DNA of 64,000 bases from Planctomycetota bacterium. Its GTDB lineage: Bacteria; Planctomycetota; Phycisphaerae; UBA1845. The notes below the pieces were generated by a model that was not told the origin of the DNA, made no database searches, and was given only the letters and a program-made list of their open reading frames with translations. Below, piece after piece: positions 52,065-60,671 of the stretch (positions are counted from its first letter, which is position 1; every line of letters begins with the position of its first letter). Location: positions 21,488-85,487 of the forward strand of contig JBBTCJ010000007.1 in the NCBI GenBank assembly GCA_038043285.1, in the 5' to 3' direction. Made by a program: the position numbers and the translations under genes.

Positions 52065-52730
52065 TCAGTCGTCGCGGCCGTCGAGGAGCGCGGTGAGGCG
52101 GGCGACGGTGAGGTCGGCGAGGCGATCGACGATCAATTCGGCGTGGGGGAAGGCTTCCCGGGGATGATACAGGAGCACGGCCACCGACCTGCTGCCGGCG
52201 GCGCGAGCGGCTTGGATGCCGACGGGTGCGTCCTCGATCACGATGCAGCGCGAGGGCGGAAGTGCCAGGCCTTGGCAGCAAAGGGTGAACACCTGGGGAT
52301 CGGGCTTGCCGCGGGTCACGTCGTCGGCGCTGACGATGACCGGGAAGAGCGCTGGGACGCCCATCGCGGCCAGGATCATCTCAATGTTTTCGCGCGGACC
52401 GGAGGAGCCGAGCGCCAGGCGGAAGCCGGATTGGTGCAAGGACCGCAGGAGTCCGACGGCGCCTTCGACGATAGGAGCGTCGACCCGGACGAGGTCGCGG
52501 TAAATGGATTCCTTGCGATCGGCCAGGGCGGCAATTCGGACCGGGTCGCGGACGTCGAATAGAAGCGGGATGATGTCGCGGTTTTGGCGGCCGAAGGTGG
52601 CGGCAAACTGAGTTTGCCGCACCACGACGCCCAGCTCGGCTCCGAGGCGTCGCCAGCTTTCGAAGTGCGGTTTTGCGGAGTCCACCAGAACGCCGTCCAT
52701 GTCGAAGATCACACCGAAGGGATGGGCCAC
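52065..52730 (-). CDS. HAD-superfamily hydrolase (beta-phosphoglucomutase-like)
   Basis: Contains VIFDMDGVLVDS (DxDG motif I), LGSSGPR (motif II region) and a GKPDP...EDAPVGIQAARAAG motif III/IV. The GTG at 52730 is proposed as the start, and that is uncertain. Confidence 0.75.
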   Translation of the reverse strand: MAHPFGVIFDMDGVLVDSAKPHFESWRRLGAELGVVVRQTQFAATFGRQNRDIIPLLFDVRDPVRIAALADRKESIYRDLVRVDAPIVEGAVGLLRSLHQSGFRLALGSSGPRENIEMILAAMGVPALFPVIVSADDVTRGKPDPQVFTLCCQGLALPPSRCIVIEDAPVGIQAARAAGSRSVAVLLYHPREAFPHAELIVDRLADLTVARLTALLDGRDD

Positions 52731-52935
52731 CGCCTGGAATCTCCGTGTTGCGACCGCCGCGTGCTTCCGCCGCGTGAGGAGTCTACGATAGGACCGCGAA
52801 TTATCGAGAGGGATCGACCCGAGGGGGTCGAAGAATGCAGGAATGCGTTTCCTGGATGGGATGCATTCGCGGGGGCGAGCGTGACTGCTGGCCGGGCCTG
52901 ACGGAGGAGAGGGAGGGGGGTCGGAAACCGCCGGA

Positions 52936-54471
52936 ATGACCAACGAGGCCAGCCAACGAACGGATCGCAGCGTCGGACGGAGAGATTCCCCTTGGCCGAC
53001 GTGGTGCGCGGTGTTCGCCGCGGCAAGCGTGGTTTACGTCGCGACGGCCAACCGCGGCATCCAGTGGCAGGATTCCGGGCTGCACATTCTCCGGGTGGTG
53101 GAGCGTCAACCGGCGAACCCGCTGGGGCTGGCGTTGAGCCATCCGTTGCATCATTGGATGGCGCGGATGTTCTTCGGGTCGGGGATGTTCGAGGCGAGCT
53201 TCGCGGTGACGCTGGTCAGCGCGATTGCGGGAGCGGCAGCGGCGGCGAACGTGGCGGGCTGCGTACTCACGCTGACCCGCCGACCGGCGGCCGCGGTATT
53301 CGCGGCGGCGAGCCTGGGCGTCGCCCATACCTTCTGGCAACTTTCGACGGTTGCGGAGACGTATACGGTCACGGCGGCGCTGCTTTCGGCGGAGTGTTGG
53401 GCAATCGCGTACTACGCCGTTCGGCGGAGGCCTGCGTACCTGCAACTTGCCCTGTTGTTCAACGGATTGGGGGTCGCCAACCACAACCTCGGTTTGCTGA
53501 CGCTTCCGGTGCTGGCGTGGATGGCGGTGGCGGCGCTGCATGATCGGCGTTGGTCCGCGGGTGACGTGGCGGTCGTGGTGTGCGGGTGGCTGATCGGCGC
53601 ATCACTCTACATCGGCATGGCGCTGGCGGAGTGGGTGCGAACGGGCGACCTTGGTGGAACGCTGCACTCGGCACTTTTTGGTCATGCTTTTCGCGATGCG
53701 GTTCTGAACGTGAGCCTACCGTGGCGGTCGATCGGAAAGATGTTGGCGTTCGTGGTGCTGTGCTTTCCGAACCTGCTCCTGCCGGCGGCGGGCACCGGGC
53801 TGAGGGAAATCGCATCGCGACGAACGCCGCGAAGCCTGGCTCTGTACTTGTTCTGGGCGCTGGCGATCCACGGCGCCTTCGTGGTGCGCTACACCGTCCT
53901 GGATCAGCACATATTTGCATTGCCGTCGTACGTGCTGCTTTGCATCGCCGGCGGAGTGGGGATGTCGAGGTGGACGGCGGGGGGAAGCCCGCGGACTCGG
54001 CACCGCCTGGCGACAGCCTCGGTCGTGCTCCTTCTTGGTACTGTCTTGCTGTACGCGATCGCGCCGGCACTGGCGCGGCGCGCGAAGGTGCTCGCGGGCG
54101 TGGAGCGACACCGGCCCTATCGCGACGACTACGTGTACCTTTTCTCGCCCTGGGGAGTTGCCGACGATTCCGCGGAGCGGATGAGCCGAGAGGCCGTGGA
54201 ACTCGCGAAACCCGACGGCGTCATTTTCGTCGAGGACAGTATGGCTGCGCCGGCAGTGGGTTATGGGTTATGGCGGAGCAGATGGACGGAAATCAAGTCC
54301 ATTTCGCCGCCGACCGATGGGGCGCTGGCCGCAGCGGCGGCATCGGTTCGACCGCTCGTCTGGGTTCCCGCCAACACCACTCAACCCCCGAAGAGTCCGC
54401 CGATGGGCCGGTGGCAGCGTGTCGGTGACCTGTATCGGCTGGAGCGGGACACGTCACCCCAACGTCCGTGA
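52936..54471 (+). CDS. GT-C-like polytopic membrane protein (DUF2723/ArnT-PMT-like)
   Basis: 511 aa with about 11 TM helices. The N-terminal WQDSG..ALSHPLHHWMARMF resembles the D-x-G-E / HPPGYPL region of DUF2723 proteins, recalled from memory. A soluble C-terminal domain is present. Confidence 0.5.
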   Translation: MTNEASQRTDRSVGRRDSPWPTWCAVFAAASVVYVATANRGIQWQDSGLHILRVVERQPANPLGLALSHPLHHWMARMFFGSGMFEASFAVTLVSAIAGAAAAANVAGCVLTLTRRPAAAVFAAASLGVAHTFWQLSTVAETYTVTAALLSAECWAIAYYAVRRRPAYLQLALLFNGLGVANHNLGLLTLPVLAWMAVAALHDRRWSAGDVAVVVCGWLIGASLYIGMALAEWVRTGDLGGTLHSALFGHAFRDAVLNVSLPWRSIGKMLAFVVLCFPNLLLPAAGTGLREIASRRTPRSLALYLFWALAIHGAFVVRYTVLDQHIFALPSYVLLCIAGGVGMSRWTAGGSPRTRHRLATASVVLLLGTVLLYAIAPALARRAKVLAGVERHRPYRDDYVYLFSPWGVADDSAERMSREAVELAKPDGVIFVEDSMAAPAVGYGLWRSRWTEIKSISPPTDGALAAAAASVRPLVWVPANTTQPPKSPPMGRWQRVGDLYRLERDTSPQRP

Positions 54472-54481
54472 AGCCGGGTGA

Positions 54482-55654
54482 TCAGACCTTGTCCGGGTCA
54501 CCGCGCGGGTCGTCCACGCAGACCATGCCCATGCGCACGACGATGGCGATCAATCCCAGGACGAACAGCGAGTACATCGGGATTAGGTAGCGAATCCGTA
54601 TGAAAATGGCGGAGCATCCCAGCAGGGCGAAGATCGCCGCCAGGGCGTAGCTGGTGCGCACGACGCGTCGCACGGGCCAACCGCGATCGATCAACTGGTC
54701 GTAGAAATGACTCCGATCGCCCATCATCAACGGCTTCTGATGGCGCCAGCGGCGAACGAGCGTCAGGACCATGTCGGCGATGGGCAGACCGAAGACCATC
54801 ATGGAACCCAGAATCCAGCGCAGCCCGTGTGAACTGGTGAAGGAGATCAACATGACCGCGGCGTTGAGGCCCAGCAACATGGACCCGGCGTCGCCCATGA
54901 AAATCTTCGCGGGGTTGCGGTTGTAGGGGAGGAATCCCAAGGCCGCGCCCATGATGGCCAACGACTCCACGACGCGGTGGGTATCGAGTGGAAGCCAGTC
55001 GCCATAGACGTGCATGTGGGCGGCGAGCACCAGAAACCCGGCGGCGATGATCGCCAGGACGCCGGAGCACAGGCCGTCCATTCCGTCGATAAGGTTGGTG
55101 GCGTTGATGGCCCCCAGCACGATGAGAATCGTCACGGGCGCCGAATAGGCGATGGTCCACCACATCGACAGGTCCAACGAATGCACGCCGACGGACTGAA
55201 GCAGGTTGGTGAAGACATGGCGTCCGACGCCGAACAGCATGAGCGCCACGGCGATCAACGTGCCGCCGATCAGCTTAAAACGCGGGGACGCCAGGCGCAG
55301 ATCATCGAACAAACCCAGCGCGGTGACGGCGAATCCGCCGAGGAGGACGCCGGTAAGCCGCAGCGGATAATACGTCGGACGCCCGGTCGGGTACCCCTGC
55401 GGATCGTGCGGTTGGAACAAGGCCATGGCCACGAGAATGCCCGTTGCCCAACCGAGAAAAATGGCCACGCCGCCGAGGTAGGGGATCGGTTGATGATGCG
55501 GTTTGAGCCAGTCGTCGGGTCGATCGACAACGTTGAATCGAAGCGCCAGCCGGCGGCACAGTGGCGTGGCGAGTGCGGAGGCGGTCAGGGCGCAGGCCAT
55601 CACCGGCCAATAGGCGCGGGCGAGGTCGGCGACGGTCGCGTATCTGGGCCACAC
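54482..55654 (-). CDS. Polyprenyl-phosphate N-acetylhexosamine-1-phosphate transferase (WecA/MraY family, GT4 membrane type)
   Basis: Contains NATNLIDGMDGLCSG, MGDAGSMLLG and multiple TM helices. The start is proposed at the GTG at 55654, with an alternative ATG at 55600. The upstream part of the tracked ORF overlaps the deacetylase gene and is non-homologous. Confidence 0.8.
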   Translation of the reverse strand: MWPRYATVADLARAYWPVMACALTASALATPLCRRLALRFNVVDRPDDWLKPHHQPIPYLGGVAIFLGWATGILVAMALFQPHDPQGYPTGRPTYYPLRLTGVLLGGFAVTALGLFDDLRLASPRFKLIGGTLIAVALMLFGVGRHVFTNLLQSVGVHSLDLSMWWTIAYSAPVTILIVLGAINATNLIDGMDGLCSGVLAIIAAGFLVLAAHMHVYGDWLPLDTHRVVESLAIMGAALGFLPYNRNPAKIFMGDAGSMLLGLNAAVMLISFTSSHGLRWILGSMMVFGLPIADMVLTLVRRWRHQKPLMMGDRSHFYDQLIDRGWPVRRVVRTSYALAAIFALLGCSAIFIRIRYLIPMYSLFVLGLIAIVVRMGMVCVDDPRGDPDKV

Positions 55655-55676
55655 GGAAGTATCTCGCCCTCGCCGG

Positions 55677-56678
55677 TCAGGGTGACGAACTCCGCGAAAG
55701 GCTTGGGGACGTTCCCACCGCCACGGCTTCAGTTTCTTTGGTTGAGGATTCGCTGGATCGGAGACGGTCGCGATCCCCTCCGGAGGTGATCCAATCGACT
55801 GAGGTGGTCGAGGGAGTGTGGCTGAACAACGGCAACCGCTTGGGATCGACAAGCATCTGGGCGACGGGGCCGAAGCGGAACTCCGCGAGGAGCCGGGAGA
55901 TTTTTCGGGCGGCGCCCGGGCGGCCCAGGCCCTGATGCAGGCGCATGCGCAGCGGGATCGGAACCTCCAACTCGGCCAGCTCCCGCGTGGCGAATTCGTA
56001 GGGGTGAACGTACATGACGGCCGCGTGCCCCTGGTGATTGAGTTGCCGCACGCCGGCGCGAAGGAGCGTGCTCGGAAAGAGTCGAACGTAGCCTCCACCC
56101 CCGACGGGTATTCGACGCCCGAACACCCGCCACGACGCGACGGGCAGTTCGACGATTTCTCCGCCGCCCGGAGCGCGGAGTCGATGCGGATACCACGGGG
56201 AACCCTTGATTCCGTAACGTGTCATGGGGATCGGGAAGATCGACGAGTCGTATCGGAATCCGCAATCGACGAGGACGTCCAAGGCCCAGAGCGTCTGACG
56301 CACGATCGAAAAGGCCGGGGCGCGATAGCCCACGATTGGTTTGCCGACCGTGTCCTCCAGGAGTCTCTTGGACCGTTCGAGGTCGTCGCGGAACTGAGCC
56401 GGGGAAAGCGTGGTCAACAACCGATGCCCGTACCCGTGACTCTGCACTTCGTGCCCGGCGCGGTCGATCTCACGGATCAGCGAAGGGGCCTTCTCGGCGG
56501 CCAAGCCGAGCACGAAGAACGTCGCCCGCACGTCGCAGGAAGCCAACAGCGCTAGAACACGATGCGTGTTGCGGATGAAGCGATCGGTCAGGGGCAGGTT
56601 CACGTCGTAGACGGATTGAATCCAGTCCTCAACGTCAACGGTGAAGGCATTGAATGGTCGGCCGTCGGTCGGGGTCAT
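55677..56678 (-). CDS. Polysaccharide deacetylase family protein (EPS / PEP-CTERM-locus type)
   Basis: The ATG at 56678 (ATGA overlap with the epimerase stop) gives MTPTDGRPFNAFTVDVEDW..VRATFFVLG..GHEVQSHGYGHR. This is the NodB-like motif order. Confidence 0.75.
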   Translation of the reverse strand: MTPTDGRPFNAFTVDVEDWIQSVYDVNLPLTDRFIRNTHRVLALLASCDVRATFFVLGLAAEKAPSLIREIDRAGHEVQSHGYGHRLLTTLSPAQFRDDLERSKRLLEDTVGKPIVGYRAPAFSIVRQTLWALDVLVDCGFRYDSSIFPIPMTRYGIKGSPWYPHRLRAPGGGEIVELPVASWRVFGRRIPVGGGGYVRLFPSTLLRAGVRQLNHQGHAAVMYVHPYEFATRELAELEVPIPLRMRLHQGLGRPGAARKISRLLAEFRFGPVAQMLVDPKRLPLFSHTPSTTSVDWITSGGDRDRLRSSESSTKETEAVAVGTSPSLSRSSSP

Positions 56679-57724
56679 CGACTGCTCCCGGCGGCACTTC
56701 GCGGGGCGGCAACGTTTGCCTTGGCGGCGGCGTCCGACGCGATGTCCGTGCGAGGTGATACGTTTTTCAAGGCCTCCATGCCGCCGTCGCGACGAAGCCA
56801 TTGGACGAACTTTTCCAACCCGGTTTTCAAGTCGGTTCGCGGATGGAACCCCAATTCCGCCTGCGCACGAGTCAGGTCGGCGAAGGTGCGATCCACGTCC
56901 CCGGGTTGGCGCGGCTGAGGGTCGATGACCGCACATTTGCCAAGTGCGGATTCCAACGATGCAATGAGGTCACGAACGGAGATCGGGTTGGAACCGCCGA
57001 GGTTGTAGATGTGGTACCCCGCGCACCAATCCATGGATCGAAGGATGCCGTCCACGATATCGTCCACATCGGTGAAGTCGCGGGACATCGAGCCGTCGCC
57101 GAAAACGGGGATCGGTTCGCCCGCGTCGATGAGCCGGGCGAATTTGTGGATGGCGAGGTCCGGGCGCTGCCGCGGGCCGTACACCGTGAAAAACCGCAGG
57201 CATGTTAGGTCCATACGGTGAAGATGGTGGTAGGTATGACATAGCAACTCGCCGGCGCGTTTGGTGGCGGCGTAGGGCGAGATGGGGGCGTCGGCGGGGT
57301 CGTCCTCGCTGAAGGGAACCTTGGAGGCGTTGCCGTAGACGCTGGAGCTGCTTCCGAAGATGAACTTGCAGCCGGGGATGCGGGCGACCTCCTCCAGGAG
57401 GGTAAGGGTGCCGCGGACGTTGACGTCGTGGTAGAGCATCGGTTGTTCGATGGACGGGCGGACACCGGCACGGGCGGCCAGGTGCACGACGATCTGAGCT
57501 CTGGGCAATGCCTTGCGGACCGCGTCCGCATCGCGAATGTCGGCGGTGACGAGCGAGAACCGGGGGTGCTCGTTGAGGGCGGCGACGTTCAGCAGTTTTC
57601 GCCGCGGGTCGTAGAACTCGTCGAAGTTGTCCAAGGCGACGACATCGTGGCCGCGCGCAATCAAGGCTTCGCAGAGGTGCGAACCGATGAACCCCGCCCC
57701 GCCGGTCACCAGGATTCTGCTCAT
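56675..57724 (-). CDS. NAD-dependent nucleotide-sugar epimerase (UDP-glucuronate 4-epimerase-like)
   Basis: Contains MSRILVTGGAGFIGSHL, SSSSVYG and YAATKRAGE (the YxxxK motif). Confidence 0.8.
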   Translation of the reverse strand: MSRILVTGGAGFIGSHLCEALIARGHDVVALDNFDEFYDPRRKLLNVAALNEHPRFSLVTADIRDADAVRKALPRAQIVVHLAARAGVRPSIEQPMLYHDVNVRGTLTLLEEVARIPGCKFIFGSSSSVYGNASKVPFSEDDPADAPISPYAATKRAGELLCHTYHHLHRMDLTCLRFFTVYGPRQRPDLAIHKFARLIDAGEPIPVFGDGSMSRDFTDVDDIVDGILRSMDWCAGYHIYNLGGSNPISVRDLIASLESALGKCAVIDPQPRQPGDVDRTFADLTRAQAELGFHPRTDLKTGLEKFVQWLRRDGGMEALKNVSPRTDIASDAAAKANVAAPRSAAGSSR

Positions 57725-57747
57725 GGCCGCCCCTCGCGCTGAACCGG

Positions 57748-59064
57748 CTACCGGGGTCGAACGACCGGCCGACCCACGCAGTGATACTCGAAGCCCAACC
57801 GCGCCAGCGACTTCGGATCGAACAGGTTACGCCCGTCGAAGATGACCCGCTGCCGGAGCTTCGACGAGATCAGCTCGAAATCCGGGGTGCGGAACTGGGG
57901 CCAATCGGTGAAGATGACCAGCGCGTCCGCGCCGCCGAGGGCCTCGTAGGCATCCTCGACCATTCTCACGTTGGCGCCCAATTCGCCGGCGGCGTTGGGC
58001 ATGGCCTCGGGATCGTAGGCCCGGACGGCGATCCCGCGATCGACGAACATCTTGACGGCGGCGATCGCCGGCGACTCACGTACGTCGTCGGTCCAGGCCT
58101 TGAAGGCCAGACCCCAGACCGCCAGCGTCGTCTTCGAAGCTGCCGCCTCGAAACGGGCGATGACCCGCTCGGCAAAGTGTTGCCGCTGCCGCGCGTTGAC
58201 CTCCTGCACGGCGTTCACGATGTTGAGGTTTTGCCCCGCCGACTTTCCCAGACAGACCAGGGCACTGACGTCCTTGGGAAAACAGGATCCGCCGTAGCCC
58301 ACGCCGGCGTAGAGGAAGGCGCTGCCGATGCGGGAGTCGGAGCCTACGCCTCGGCGCACGGCCTCGACGTCGGCGCCGACTTTTTCGCACAGGCAGGCGA
58401 TCTCGTTGATGAATGAAATGCGCGTCGCGAGCATGGCGTTGGCGGCGTACTTGGTCATCTCCGCGCTGGCTGGATCCATGACCATGATTCGCTCGTCGCG
58501 GCGCATGAAGGGGGCGTACAGTTCACGCATAATTTCCGCGGCCGCCGGGTTGACGGTTCCAATGACCACTCGGTCGGGGCGCATGAAATCCTCGATGGCG
58601 GCGCCCTCCTTGAGGAACTCGGGATTGCTGACGTAGTCGAAGGGGTGTTCGGTGCGGGCCTTGAGCGCCTCGGTCACCTTCATGTGCGTACCGACGGGGA
58701 CGGTGCTTTTCATCACCACCACGCGGTAACCATCCATGCACTTGCCGACGGTGTCGGCCACGTTGAGGATGGCGCTGAGGTCGGCTGAGCCATCGCCGCC
58801 CTGCGGCGTGCCGACGGCGATGAAGATCAACCGACCGTGTTTGACGCCGGCGGCGAGGTCGGTGGTGAAGGCGATTCGCCCGGCCTTCTGGCAGCGCTGC
58901 ACGATCTCCGCGAGTCCCGGCTCGAAGATCGGGATTTCTCCCTGGGTCAGGCGTTGGACCTTCTTTTCGTCGCAATCCACGCACAGCACGCGATGGCCGC
59001 TGTCCGCGAAGCACGCTCCGGCGACGAGTCCGACATATCCGGTTCCCACGACGGAAATGTTCAT
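57748..59064 (-). CDS. ugd: UDP-glucose 6-dehydrogenase
   Basis: The ATG at 59064 (ATGA overlap with the wecB stop) gives MNISVVGTGYVGLVAGACFA. It also has GGSCFPKD (the catalytic Cys) and the C-terminal UDP-binding domain. Confidence 0.9.
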   Translation of the reverse strand: MNISVVGTGYVGLVAGACFADSGHRVLCVDCDEKKVQRLTQGEIPIFEPGLAEIVQRCQKAGRIAFTTDLAAGVKHGRLIFIAVGTPQGGDGSADLSAILNVADTVGKCMDGYRVVVMKSTVPVGTHMKVTEALKARTEHPFDYVSNPEFLKEGAAIEDFMRPDRVVIGTVNPAAAEIMRELYAPFMRRDERIMVMDPASAEMTKYAANAMLATRISFINEIACLCEKVGADVEAVRRGVGSDSRIGSAFLYAGVGYGGSCFPKDVSALVCLGKSAGQNLNIVNAVQEVNARQRQHFAERVIARFEAAASKTTLAVWGLAFKAWTDDVRESPAIAAVKMFVDRGIAVRAYDPEAMPNAAGELGANVRMVEDAYEALGGADALVIFTDWPQFRTPDFELISSKLRQRVIFDGRNLFDPKSLARLGFEYHCVGRPVVRPR

Positions 59065-60155
59065 GATTCTGCTCCGGTTAGCACCGCCGCGATCCGTTCG
59101 GCCGCTCGTCCGTCCCAAAGCGCCGGGGCCCGCCCCTTGGGCGGGTTCGCGCGCACGTCGCGGTAGGCCAGCGCGATCGCCTCACAGGATCCTGCGACCA
59201 GGCGATTGGTCCCCTCGTGCAGCGTGATGGGGCGCTCGGTGTTGGCCCGTAGCGTCAGGCAGGGCACGCCGAGGATCGTCGTCTCCTCCTGAATGCCGCC
59301 GGAGTCGGTGAACACGACCGCGGCGTGCGACATCAGGTTCAAGAAATCCAGATAACCCAGGGGTTCGATGAGGCGCAACGCCGGGTGCGACCGGAGCCGC
59401 TCGGCGAAACCCATGGATTCGATGTTCTTCCGCGATCGCGGATGTACGGGAAACACCACGGTCATGTCGCGGCTGATGGTCTCCAAGGCCCGAAGGATTT
59501 CGGAAAAAACTCCTGCATCATCTACGTTACCGGGGCGGTGAAGGGTCACAACGACGTAGCCGCCCGGTTGCAGCTCCAGCGTCGCCAGGACGTTGGAGCG
59601 TTGCGCCTGCTCGCGGCTACGGAGCAGCGTGTCGATCATCACGTTTCCGACGAGGTGGACCTTTTTGGCGTCGATGCCTTCGTGCCGCAGGTTGTCCACG
59701 CCCGAAGGTTCGGTCACGAACAGCAGGTCGCTGATGGCGTCGGTGAGCACGCGGTTGATTTCCTCGGGCATGGATCGGTCGAAGCTGCGCAGGCCGGCCT
59801 CCACGTGGGCGACCCTGATGCCGAGCTTAACGGCCACGAGGGCGCAGGCGAGGGTGCTGTTAACGTCGCCGACGACGACCACCCAGTCGGGCTGGTGTTC
59901 CAGACAGACGGGTTCGAAGCGTTTCATGATCTCCGCGGTCTGGACCGCCTGCGAACCGCTGCCGACCTCCAAGTTGACGTCGGGTTCGGGGATGTGCAGG
60001 TCGCGGAAAAACAGCTTGCTCATCCGCTCGTCGTAATGCTGCCCGGTGTGTACGAGCAGGGTGGCCACGCCCTTCGCCCGGCGCAGAGCCGAGACCAGCG
60101 GAGCGATCTTCATGAAGTTGGGTCTGGCGCCGCAGACGCAGAGAATCTTCATCAC
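59061..60155 (-). CDS. wecB: UDP-N-acetylglucosamine 2-epimerase (non-hydrolysing)
   Basis: Contains (V/M)MKILCVCGARPNFMKIAPL, HTGQHYD, VHVEAGLRS and TDSGGIQEE. Confidence 0.9.
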   Translation of the reverse strand: MMKILCVCGARPNFMKIAPLVSALRRAKGVATLLVHTGQHYDERMSKLFFRDLHIPEPDVNLEVGSGSQAVQTAEIMKRFEPVCLEHQPDWVVVVGDVNSTLACALVAVKLGIRVAHVEAGLRSFDRSMPEEINRVLTDAISDLLFVTEPSGVDNLRHEGIDAKKVHLVGNVMIDTLLRSREQAQRSNVLATLELQPGGYVVVTLHRPGNVDDAGVFSEILRALETISRDMTVVFPVHPRSRKNIESMGFAERLRSHPALRLIEPLGYLDFLNLMSHAAVVFTDSGGIQEETTILGVPCLTLRANTERPITLHEGTNRLVAGSCEAIALAYRDVRANPPKGRAPALWDGRAAERIAAVLTGAES

Positions 60156-60314
60156 CCACCGCCGCTTCCACGACCGATAACCATCCGCGCAACGCCGGCG
60201 CGGACCGTACGCTGTATTATCGACCCCTCGCGGGAAGTTCTCCAGATAGGTGCGGACGCCGGCCCCAGGGGCGTTGAGGCGAGTTCGACCGAGCTATGGC
60301 GGGTCTCGTTCTCT

Positions 60315-60341
60315 TGCAGCTTCGCCCTTCATGGGCGGCGC
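60315..60341. repeat. REP-type hairpin, family 1, copy 4
   Basis: TGCAGCTTCGCCCTTCATGGGCGGCGC is followed by GTTTTCC. It lies about 80 nt downstream of the small DUF5989-like gene. Confidence 0.75.
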
Positions 60342-60422
60342 GTTTTCCCGGCCTCGAAACTGAGCGCCGTGGACAAGCCGCGACGGTACTCCCGCGACGC
60401 CACGCCCGTGTGGAGCGGTGTT

Positions 60423-60581
60423 TTAGAAGAGCGGATACAAAAACGGCGCGAGCGGCGAGGAGCCGGCCAGCACGATGAGCGTCCCCACCAGCAGGAGGAC
60501 GCAGATCAGCGGGATCAGCCACCACTTCTTCTCCTCCTTAATGAACAGGAAGAACTCTTTGATGAGCGATTGTTTGGCCAT
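60423..60581 (-). CDS. 52-aa membrane protein (DUF5989-like, carbamoyltransferase-associated); below the ORF-track cutoff
   Basis: My own translation: MAKQSLIKEFFLFIKEEKKWWLIPLICVLLLVGTLIVLAGSSPLAPFLYPLF*. It lies directly downstream of the carbamoyltransferase on the same strand. Confidence 0.65.
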   Translation of the reverse strand: MAKQSLIKEFFLFIKEEKKWWLIPLICVLLLVGTLIVLAGSSPLAPFLYPLF

Positions 60582-60671
60582 GGATCCGCAATGTAGAATG
60601 TAGAATACGGAGAGGATGACGAGAATCTCAACCCATTCGTCGTTCCCAATTCTTCATTCTACATTAAAGTC

